A stretch of DNA of 64,000 nucleotides from Amphiscolops sp. MND2022 (taxonomy: Eukaryota). The notes beneath the pieces are model-generated. The model was not told where the DNA came from. It worked only from the letters and a program-made list of their open reading frames with translations, and ran no database searches. Both the position numbers and the translations under genes were made by a program. The stretch spans positions 53,010,001-53,074,000 of the forward strand of contig OZ076414.1 in assembly GCA_964187785.1 (NCBI GenBank), given 5' to 3'. The first letter of the stretch is position 1; the number at the start of each line of letters is the position of its first letter. Of this stretch, positions 23,901-35,900 are shown in pieces.

Positions 23901-26900
23901 AGTTTTAAATCAAGAACGTTGTAGGGTATACGTCCATGGAATACTGTGGATGGTTCACAACCCAGTGTTTCATGATACGTTGTATTGTAATTCATGACTG
24001 CAATTTGAACATATTTGTGCCACATTGAACGTCTTTCAACCCGTCGATATTTTTAGGGCAGTTTTGATTGAAGCATGAGTTCTCTCCAAAATTCCGATTG
24101 TTTGTGCATGTTTCGTAGACGCGTGGCTAATCTGGATTTCGAGTATCTGAGTTATTTCTGCAACGACTTCTGATCGGAATTGAGATCCCTTATCCGATAA
24201 TATCAGTGTTGGCAAGTATACGTGTCTTGTCATGACGTCGACAATGCAGCGTCCGATTGTTTTCGCTGTGACATTCTGTTTTGGGTATGCGAATAGGTAG
24301 CGTGAAAATACGTCAATCATCGTAACAATGTTTTGGTATCCTGCAGAATTGGGTAGGTTCGGCAAGATATCGATTTCGAGAATGTCCTCCGGGCCTAGGA
24401 CGTGTTCTGTATTGTTGATCATCTTCGGTCTGATTTGACTGTTGTTGATTCGTTTGTATTTGATGCAGTCTTCGCATCGCATCACCCATTGTCTGATCCG
24501 TTTTGCTAGTCCGGGATAATAGTATTTTGATCTGCATTCTAGGATCATTTTTGTGATCCCAGGGTGTTTTCCCATTTGTCCATGGAGTGCTTTCAGAAGT
24601 TCAGTAATCAAATGCTCAGGGATTAGTATTTGGTGATGAGTAACCTGACCGCACTCTCCGTAATATTTGCGCATGAGTATTTCATCTTTGACTATGAGTC
24701 TGTTTTCATGGACTAGAAGACGTTTTGCTGTCGGGTCAGTTTGTAAGAGATGTTTGTCATATTATTCGCATATCAACTTCTTTTTAATTGCTTTGAAAAC
24801 TTGGTTTGAGTCTTGTTCTACTCTGATGCGTGCGTCTTCTTTTATTGCCCCAAAGGTGTAAGAGGCTTTTTTTATCGGGATTGGTGTTGTTTCTTTTATG
24901 GCTAGTTTTATTTTTGTCGTCTCTTCATCGCGCGCATTTTGTCTTGCTTGTTCTTTTTGTAGGAGGATTTCTTCTTCGGTTTCAATTGTTTCATCTGGAA
25001 GGAAGAAAATTTGTTCTTCATCTGCGACGTCAGTAGATTGTAGGTTGACTTGTATTGGTCGGATTGTAATGTCCTCTCTTATTTTCAATTCAACTCGTTC
25101 TTTGGGAGTAAGTTCAATGCGTGATAAAAAATCGGCTGCAGTGTTTTGCGTACCAGCGACGTGCATTATGTGAAAGTTGAATTGTAGCACAGTCACACGC
25201 GTTCCACAGCGTAGGCGGTATGGCTTTTGTTTGGAAGAAACGCGTGACTGACCTATTATCGGTCATTACGAGTGTCGGTAGCGTCGTTTCCCACAGTATG
25301 TGGCTGTATTCTAGAAATGCATGGTAAATTGCCAAGAATTATTTGCAATATATAGACATTTTTAGTTGAGCTGGGGAAAATACTTTCGATCCGAATGCGA
25401 CTGGGGCGAACGTTTTCTTTTTGGAATTGATTTTTTTGTCATTGTCCTCTTCGATCATTAATGCATAGCCGGAGGCTCGAAAGCTGGCATCCGTCATTAG
25501 GACGTATTGTCGTCCTGTGATTGGTTGTTTGAGAGCCAATCCGCAGGCTTGCGACAGCGCTGCGTTGATTGCCTTGTAATGGTCGAGTAGCTCTTCAGTG
25601 ATTTTGATTTGTTTATCTGCTTTCAGCAGCTCATTGAATCCGAGTAATTTTTCAGATAATCGCGGGATGTAGTTGCGATAATAATTGACAAAGCCGATGT
25701 ATCTTTGTACTTGTTTTTTTGATTTCGGAAATCGTACATTTGCCAAGAATTTTTGTATTTTATGATCTTGGGGAGCGATTCCTTGCGGAGTGATTGTTCT
25801 TCCAAGGAATTCGACTTCAGTTACTCCAAAATGGCATTTGTCGATGGATAGTTTGAGTCCTGCTTGTCTGATGCACTCGAAAACAGCTCGGATGTTACGT
25901 ATTAGCTGCGTCACTGAATTGGCTGCAATCCCGATGTCATCCACGTATTGTGCGCACTGGTCTGCTTTGATCACTTTGTCTAGGTATTCTCTCATGAAAC
26001 TTGAGAATGCTGATAAGGCTCTGCTCAGTCCCTGTGCTAGGCGTTTGCAGGCGAACGTCCTGCTTGCGAAATTGAATGCTAGCATTTCTATGGATCTTTG
26101 ATCAGCCATTTGTAAGCAGTGGTATGCTTGCGAGCAGTCTAATTTGCAAAACAGCTTTTTAACAGCTAGGTGTTGAACTGCGTCTGACGAGGTACTAACT
26201 GGATGGTTATTGTTGATATAGTCATGTGAGATCAGTGCGTTTATTTTTCGCAGGTCGACAAGTAGACGCAATTTACCGTTTGGTTTGCGTTGGGCGAAAA
26301 TTGGGCTCGCGTATTTTGAAAACGGCAGGGTCGTTATGATGCCGTATCTGTGCATTAGTGCTAATTCAACTGTCAGGTCTTCTTTCAAGTTTATTGGTAC
26401 TGGTAGGCTTTGCGTGTAGATTGGGCGTTCATCCTTCGGGGTTAGCTTAACATTGAAGTTGTTGTTGATGCCAATGTCAAGTCGATGACGCGCAAAGATG
26501 TCATTGTATTCGATTATTGTTTGTTCAAGCTGTTTCCTGTCATTACCTTCGATTTGGGAGCCTTCCCACTGGAACATGTCTAGGAATTTCTTTCTTGATT
26601 CTTGATCTTTTGTTGGATCTAGTTCTTCTTTCTTGATGAGTTCGCGGATTTCTTTCAATATTCGCCGCTGGATTGGCGTATTCTCGTCCTCGTTTCCTGG
26701 ATTCTCAGGTGTGGGAAACCAGAAATTTTCGTCATTTTGTTCAGTTTCGTTGGCTTTCATGAGTTCATTGACGTACATGTGGGTGTCGTCAGGATCTTCT
26801 AGCAGTTTGAGTGCGGCGGCATCTATTGGTCGTATTTGTTTCGTGTCCTCTGGTTTGAGGATTTGTAGTTCTGCCAGTTTTGTGATTCTTTATTGTATGA

Positions 26901-29900
26901 GGGAAATCCGTTAAGTTGGCGATTCGGATGTTGAGCCTTTTGTTGTGGGCTGTCGCTAGTGCTGGTGCGACGATGATTGTTGCTGTTTCATCAAATTGTG
27001 GCAGTGGTTGTACCGCACCGGTGACGTCATTCATGTTTGTGGTTATTACTATTGCGTTCACTGTTGTTGTTTGTTGTGGCGGTAGTGTTTGATTTCCTTC
27101 TGCCATTATCTGGAGCGGTTTCGGATTGCATTTTTTCATTTCGTCTGTCATGTCTAGCGTCTCTTCGACGTGCGGGAAATTGATGGTTCCGTTGGCAGTG
27201 TCAATTACTGCTTGATGGTTTCTCATGAAGTTCAGTCCTATGATAGGAAATGACGTTTTCGATAAGATGACGAAGGTATCTGTGAAAGTGTATGTTCCGA
27301 TGTTGAACTGAATGTCCGCTGTGGCTATTGGTTGCTCTAGTTGTGCGTTTGCGCATTCAATCTTGAAGGGTGGTTGAGGATATTCTTTTATGACGCAATT
27401 ATCGCTGTTCATTTTGATCGCGTTGTAGTCTGACCAGGACATGGCGTTGATGAATGCGCCTGAGTCGACGAGTCCATCCATTGTTATCTCGCCGAATTCG
27501 AGTGGCAAATACAGCATTCTCCTTCTATTCTTGAGGACTATGGTGGAGTGGAGGGGTATGTATGTTTCCCCATCCTTTTCGGCTACGTACTCCTTGATTG
27601 AGTTGAGTGATGTGGGAAACTCGTCTGTGGACAGAAATGCTGTGGAGGAGTTGTGATTATTTCCTTCATTCTGTTGTGACGATGGGCGGTCGTCGGGGGC
27701 GTTTTCATTTTGTTCTAATTGGTTTGCAACGGGGAGTTCTCTGTTGATGAGGGGTGACTTGGTGGGAAGAATTGCATGCTGCTTAGGGTTGTCTCTGTAA
27801 TCTTTATCGTGGATGTAGGTGTTTTCTTGTTCAGTTTGTGGATATGGCCTTTTTATAGAAGCGAGTGCTTGTCGTCTTAGCCAGTCCTCTGTTGGTGTAC
27901 CGTTGCATTCAATCGTTGTGTTGTTGACGTATGTGGTAGGGGGATCCTCGGTTGAATACGCCCTCGCGTCTACTGTTTCCCCAAAACGCAGGCGCGGCGT
28001 AATTAGTTTTTTGGTTCGGTGTCAAAGTCGGTTGTTGTCATTTGGGCCGGAGTGTCCCTTTTTTGTTCTTGTGTATTGTGGCGTTTGGGGCGCTGGTCGT
28101 TGGCAGCATTGGCTCCATTCCAACAACTTTCCGTTTTGTGGGGCCTGCCACACGTGTCGCATTTAAATGGTTTGCCTGAGCTGCTGTTGGTTTGGCCATT
28201 ATTTCTCTTGGTTTGCATCCATTTATCTCTTTTCATCTTCCTACACTCCGCTTTGTAGTGTCCGAATTTGTTGCAGTAGAAGCAATACCCTTTCTTGGTG
28301 TTTTGCGTCGTGTTGTCGGCCTGTTTGGACTCAGTGTTTGGTGGGGCTGGCTCTACTTTGTTTAGTGGTACCAGGGTTACTTCATCTGGCGCTCCAAGGC
28401 CCTTAAGTCGCATTTCCCTTTCTAGGTGAAGTACGATGTCATTGTAGGGTTTATCTTCCAGGTACGCCCTGTTTAGTATTTTCTTTACGTGGTCTGGCAT
28501 TTTTGCGTAGATCGCCTTATCAATAAATTGTTGGGCTTCAGAGCCGAAAGCTTCTTTGGCAGTTTTTTGAAGTACATCCAGAAATTCGTGGAGTTTCTGG
28601 TTCGAGGGATCGAATTTAAGCGCATCCCATTCGCATCTTGCCTTGGCCATGGACAAATAGTCTCCGAAACGTCGTTTGAAAATCGTCATGATTTCATCAA
28701 GGGAATCCTTCTTCGTATCTTCGATATTGCGAAACGCCTGTAAAGCGTCCCCTCTGAGCAGGGAGTGGAAATAGTTTATTTTTTGGATTTCCGTAAGGTG
28801 TGGGTACATTTTGATATTATTACGAAAAAGGTCTTCGAAGAGTTCGAATTTTTCCGACTTCCCGTCGAAGGTTGGAAGTGACGCTGTTAGTGCTTTTGGC
28901 ATGGGCAGTGTAGTACTATCATGTTTATCCGTTGCGAATAAAGTCATTGCCACTGTTGGACGTTCTTTTGACGTCGGTTGGCTTTGTGACCGGGCTTTTG
29001 TTCGTTTTGGCTGGTTTGTGGAGTCAGTTAGGACTCCTGTCACCATGTTACGACATGCTATCGGGTCGTTTTGAGTAGAACTTATTCTCACTGATTTTGT
29101 AGGAGTATAGAAACTTCTAGTTTCCTCTTCTACCTCTTCCTCGGTATTTTCTCTAATATTTCCTCTTGTTTCAGGTTTAAGGAGTTTCAACATCTCCTTC
29201 TGAGATTCGACAAGAAGGTTCTTAATTTCTGACTTTATTTCCTCCTTTAAGGAAGTCCTCAAACTTTCAAAGAGACTGTTTTCAATCCGGGGGGATTTTG
29301 GTCTAGAAGGCCCCGCTACCCCATCGTCCTGGTTTAGAGAACAAGGATTCCCTACTCCTATTGGTGAAATCAAGCTTTCACTTACGTTCTCACCGGTGCT
29401 TTCTTGCTGGTTGTTTCTTCTTTTCTGGCTTCTTGTTGTTGACATTTTGCTGCAGAAAGTTTTATCTTGAAGAATTGAATTTCTTTCAGAGATATTTTCA
29501 AGCAAAGTTAGATAGAAAATTAGAGTTTGGCGAAATTGGGAATTCAACTGAATCACACAATTACAGAAGACTGAGTCCCTTCGTCAACTAAAATCACCGT
29601 ATATATACCCTCCTAGCATCATTTGATCACGAGTTGAAACCTTAATTTCCTTCAGATAATTAGTCATTTCCTGTATTTTCGATGAAAAGATTATTTGTTC
29701 CCAATTTTACGTCGACTTTTCGTTAACCTTTTAGACACGGTGATCTTCATCTTATATTAGTCATCAAGCATAATCATATCATTTCATCCCGGCGTCCTTT
29801 TTATTTCCTCCCAAGCAGGAAGTAGATATTACTTCAGTCTGTCAAACCGGAAATACTTCCCCGTTTTTCTGCTTTGGTTCGTTAGAAATTGACGCTGAGG

Positions 29901-32900
29901 TGACGCTAACGTGAACAACTAATGCTTGATTTTGAGTTTTAACTTGGAAAAAATGCGATGACTAATGTTTTCAGCCTTAAAATTTCCAATGATGCTAGGA
30001 AGAATGGAAACGAAAATTATAAGATTAGCAACAATTTCTAAATTGAACTCAATTTAGATGGTTATCAAATAACTAGAACAATTCAACGACGCATTAATGT
30101 TTACATTGGAGTACTAAACTGATTTAACTGCAACACTTGGCTATTACTAAATTGTCTAAAAGGTTATGGAAATATAACGTGATAATCATGAAATTTAAAG
30201 CGTACAAATCCTCACAATTAAGCCTTCATAAAATTACGAAATTATAGGTTAACGTCCTGACGTCGTCAATTTAGGTCAACGGAACAACACAACTTGTTAC
30301 AATGATAGTTACAAATTTTAAGGTGTTCAAACGTGGTTTTCGCGTACAATTTGGGCAACAATGAACATAGATATAGTGAAAAGATACAAATGTAGACAAT
30401 GCATTAGGAAAAATATGATTACGTTATTAAAATATAGTTCTTTCCAGTTCATATTTCACTTCTGCACAAACACGTCCGAGAGTCGACAAGTTATTTGAAT
30501 AGCATTCAAAGACTGTAATATTTGATACAAAATGCACAGTGACAGCCTTCTCTCCTAGAATAAACTGGGACATTTTATGTAAAGAGTAGGGAAGCACTAA
30601 TTAGGTTATTTTGTAACGTGATTTTAATCAACTAGCATTCAAATAGGCGAGTCCTGGACGTAATCTATTAGGTTTTGTTTTTATCTTTGTTGAACTTGGT
30701 ATTGTCCTTAGACGCAACCATTCCGTCAAATCCGTAATACCGATATTCATTTCACTATCCTGAATGGACTAGAACCAGCTACTTTGATGGATTTTGGACG
30801 TAACGTGGACGTACGTATTAGTATTAGCCTTAATCCGCTGGTATTGACGTAGCTTTGACGTAAATTTGGAGTGAAATCTAGCTAGCTGTTATAGCTGTGA
30901 CGTCACACTGACGTCTGATTTGGAATACTTTCTACCTCGTTAACTAGTTAGCGGCGGAGTGCTGACGTCACAATTATAGTAATATTTGCATGTACCTTTT
31001 AATATTTGTTTGTTCAGCGACGCAGTTCCGTCCTATTTAGCATTAATTGCTGTTCAAAGCGCAATTAAGTTGCCTTTCTTAGAAAAGGCGTGAATGTTTC
31101 GGCGTGCCATCTCGATGTATTTTTTATTTTAGATCTGTTTGTTGTACGTTCCCGATTAACAATTTTGGATATGTTTTCGTTTAGATCGGTCTATGGTCTT
31201 TATTCCAAGACGTATTCTTAATTAAGTTTTCAGGTTGCGAATGATTCTATTTTGACGTAATAAAAGCGTCCTGCCGGAAATGTATGAAATCATTTTGGTT
31301 CATTTTGGTTTCTGTTCTCATTTTCATTTAAACTTTACGTAAGTTGGACGTTCGTTTTCGTATTTCTAGTCACAGTTTATTTCAGAGATAAAGTTTTAGA
31401 GTTACCAGTTAAAATAAGATTTGGGGAATCTCAGATTGTCTCCATGTCCTCTTCCGATCTTCAGTCGTCGGCAACTGCAAGCCAGACCGGGAGCGGGCTG
31501 TGACAATAATGCCTAACTTTTTAGCATACTCTAGTTGATAAGTAATGACCCGGTCAAGCCGAATATAGTCTGAACCTTATATGACACAAGACAAATTTTT
31601 TTTACGATCTTTCTATGATAAGGCTGAAATTATATATCGCCCGTACTATGATCAGCCTGGATTCATAAATTGCCCAGGTTACCGTTCAATCCATTTTTTT
31701 CATTCAGTTAATCCAATTCATTCAGTAAAAAAGTGAGCTACCAATTCATAAAGCTGAAAGTAGAATCGGCAATGAGGTCACTTTTGTCCTTATGACTCAA
31801 TAAAAAACAATGCGGGTCGAAAATCCGTAGATTCTTGAATCGAATCTTGCTCAACTCACTAATGTGTTCGGTCTTGAGCAAGTCCTTCATCCTTAGCTTA
31901 GTGGCATGGTCATTGACAAAAAATAACGCATTTGTTGGAGAAAAGCAAAACATAAAAGAGCAACGGTGAGCAGTCGGACTTGACTACGTTATGCTAATTT
32001 GTCATTTGTGGTAACGGTTTGACAAAGATTATCGCCAAGTGTTTCAACAACATCCAAAATTCTTGTCAAGAGTTTCTAGAGTTTTCACACTGAGAGTGGA
32101 CTTCCCAGTATCAATTCATCCACAATTATGTTTTTCCTTCCGTGGATTCCTCATTTTATTATTACCGAAATACGTTCAAGAAGACTTTTCTTACTTTTCC
32201 CAAATTGGGCAGTTTGACGTGCACGCCACCCCTGAGACCCGTGCCCAAGTTACTGGGACAGGTCAAAATATAGCCCAAGTGGTCGTTATGCATGAATTCG
32301 TGTCCCCCTTTCTTGATTGCGCCCTCGAACTTATGCAACCCTTCCACGAAGCGCTTGAACACTGCGTGCATATCTCCCCCATCTTCCATGGAAATGACCC
32401 TAATATGGTCTTCCTCGTTGAGCCACACTACGAATGTTTTTGCTTCATTGTAGTAGATCCCTGAAACAATATTTTCAATGCATACTGTTACAAATAATGG
32501 TTTTATCCCCCTTTCACGTGCTATTTTTTTAATTTTATTGAAATTTCTAGATGTAGAAACATATTTAAACTGCTAAAACACTCAATTATGCAGGCATTTA
32601 TCGGACTCTCTTCAAAACGGCCTTTAGAAATTGAAAATTTTATAGTTTGAACTCTAACCTCTGGCATCGGGCCAGTCTCTGGCCATTCTGGACGAGTTCA
32701 GTAGAGGAGAGACTGGTTTGTCGAAAAGGAGATGCTCCTCGATCAACTTCTCTTGATCCTTCTTGCTCATCGTTTCCAGGGAATAATATTTACCCTAAAA
32801 CGAAGGTTGTTCGAAAATTATTGATTGTATAGTTTTCTGACAGTTCAAGAAACACTGCAGTGACTACGAGCTTTCTCGACTAACGTATGTGGAAAATTTC

Positions 32901-35900
32901 ATTGGACTTATGCTAAGTTTACTCGGATTCCTGCCGTTAGACGGGAAAACGGAATAGTATCTAAGGGAATAATATCTAAAAACACTTGATTGGTCGAAAC
33001 ACCCTCATCCATGTCAATTCGAGTGATCGGATTGGTTTAGATATTATTCCTTCAGATACTGTTCCTACTCCCCTTGTTGGACTAACAAACCCCAAATTCA
33101 GTTTTTTTCACTCAAATATTTTGAATCGATTTCATTGAGAGGACGAAAAAGTTCGAAACAAATTGCTCAATAGTGTTGTAATAGATTTTTCAAAACCAAA
33201 AAATCCACTGTGACCTCAGAAAAGGTACCCAAAAAATTGTTTTATTAACGTATGCATACTCTTGTGTCAAATACCCATGGGAAATACATGAGAATACTCA
33301 CTTTGAATTCTCCATCCAATGTCTCCAGTGCTTCCACGCATACTTTTTCCACCTTCCTACGCTCAGCACGCGTGCAGAAAGGGGGCAGACAGATTCCTCG
33401 AATAGAGCGACCAGTTCTAACTCGACTGCTCAGGACGTATTTATCATCAAACGGCTCGCCTTTGACCTGGGGATCAGAAAAAAACCATTTGATATCCTTC
33501 CAAACAAGGTGGGTAGAGGAAAACGTTCTTAAGGTTCTTTTCTACCGCCACCGCCAAAAGTTTTTATTAAAATCAGTAGAAATATAAGGACAAAGAGAGA
33601 CCTTCAATTTTAAATTCATTTCGAGATGACAGTTTAGGATCCAGATATGAACTTTGTTAACACTCGTTGTCCTTATGAAGTCTGATGTCATGCATTTGTG
33701 GTTAGAAAATCAACAGTGAGTCACAAATGATTGGAACGTAATCACAGTCAGAACTGTGGAAAGCGTTTTGTTCAAACGGAAAACTATCGCAATAGACGTT
33801 AACTTCATGCTATTGAAAAATTCCGTTTTAATATAGCCTGTTTGAAAAAATTCCCAAGTTTCATTTTGAAAATTTTAATGATGGAGGACAGAAAAGAGCC
33901 GTTTTTAGTCGGTGCGTTTTCCTTTAAGGAAAAAAACACGTGTATTACAGTGGCAGGTTTCTTTTCGTCAGATAACAGAATGTATGCGTAGTGGACACTT
34001 TTTACATAACTACTAAACTACTGGACCGGCAAGCGGAAACTCATCTAAGTTTATGCAAGGGGCCCCCTTTAATTTATTCCTTTTTAACGTAATATACAAA
34101 ACCGGACGAGAGTGTAGGGTCCCCTTTTGATATTTTTGGCATTGTGCTACTATTTTTCGAGTTTTTTTGTCTCTAAAGGGTCCCCTTCATTTCCGAAATT
34201 TTGACGTAAAATCCGGAGTAAAGGGCTATATCCGTACTTTTGACGTTATATCCGAACTAATTTGCGTTTTACTGAGAAGGAGGCGTATAATCGAAAACGG
34301 AAGTTTTGATGAACACGTCCTACGCATATTTTGAAATTGCGCTTTTTGAGCCTTAGATATAGCCCCGACTTTAGACGTTCCCGTCTTGCTGGGATATTTA
34401 GAGTTGAAAACGAATCATTTGAAGCCAAAGGGTCCCCTTTGGATTTTTTTGGTATTCAGACTTTTTTATTTTTAAACTTAATCGAATAGCTCTTTTATGA
34501 AATGTTTAGAGCATTCGGCCTTTATGGGCGGTACCAGGTTCGAAACTCTCTCAACTCACAATTGTTGGGCCTTAAGCAAGTCCTTCATCTCTAGCTTAGT
34601 GGTTTGGTCAATTACAAGAAAAACCACGCATTTGGCGGACAAAAGCAAAACAGAGACCATTACAGTGCAAAGGCAAGCTATTTTGCTGCTTGTCGTGGAA
34701 TCCGGGACACGAAAATTGAGAAAAGTCGTGGAATCCAGGACAAAATTTCCCTTTTAATGTTGAGCGTGTCTTGTCCTGGATTCCACGCCAAAACTGCTGC
34801 TGTAATGACGCTTTTGCCGCTGCTCTCTGATTGGTCCGCTGATGTTGAGTGATTATTGGAAAATGACGTAATTTGTCAATTTTGCACGGTTAAAAGAATG
34901 GTCGTGGAATCCGAGGTATTGAAAGCACAAAATTGTGTTTGCTTTGAGCAAATTTAGCTTGCCTATGCACTCTAATGAGCTTTGAGACTTTGAGCAAGTC
35001 ATTTTGAAGCCACAGCTTCAAGTTGACCAATTGCTTGACCATTTGGCTGCAAACATGGTACCATAGCTTGCTACGGGGAGATAGTAACTCATAAGGCGCT
35101 GACTTAGAATAGCGGAATTGCTTATTTGGCGTCTATCCCGCAGAATTTGGGAAAATAGCCTTTTTTCTAAAGGCACATTCGATGAAAAACTCGTATGTTA
35201 ATGGTTTTCCTTTGGAGAATATGACTTGGGTAAAAAAGCATTCCTGATGAAGCCTTGTATGATTTTCGTGAAGATAATGCATTTTTCTTCAAGACATCTT
35301 GCAAGATTCTATCAAGGAATGAATTTCCTTGCAAGAATCTTTCAAAAAACGAATTTCCTTGCAAGAATCTTTCAAAGAAAAAACTTCCTTGCAAGAGTTT
35401 CGTCAAGGCAAACATTCCCTTGCCACAGTCTTGTAGGGAAAAACCTACCCTTGAAAGAGGAGTATTTTAAAGGAAGGACTTTCTCCACACACATAGGATT
35501 AAAAAAATAGGAGATAGGTACCATTCCATTCGTTTTAGTGACTTTTTTAAATCTTTTCAGATCTGAGACACTGTTCGCTTTCAAGAGCCCAATGTTGAGA
35601 CCACGTATCAACTTCGAGTAGATTAACCTCAGGCACAAGTGCCCTGGGAACACCCCGGGCTCCTACGGCATTGGACATCTTACTTCGATTGTCAATTTAA
35701 TACAAAAAATTTTGTTTGGCACCATACATGTCATCAGTCAGAAGGTCTGATCGCCTATCCCACCCGGTTTCAGAAAATCTATTTTAAATGAATTACGTTA
35801 CCCGTACTGACAACCCAGGGAAATCCATCGGTGGTCATCGGTGGACCACCAATGGCCGTCGGTGGGGGGAAATTAGCTAACGTGGAGGCTTTCCCACCGG

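Larger units (their letters stand above)
15115..31505 (-). mobile_element. Full-length 16.4-kb Ty3/gypsy LTR retrotransposon inside the last CK intron, with a 5.5-kb accessory region
   Basis: Near-identical LTRs at 15115-17571 and 29046-31505 with TG...CA ends on the minus strand. Perfect 5-bp TSD ATAAT (15110-15114 and 31506-31510), PBS at 29032-29045, and gag then PR-RT-RH-IN order. Confidence 0.97.
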
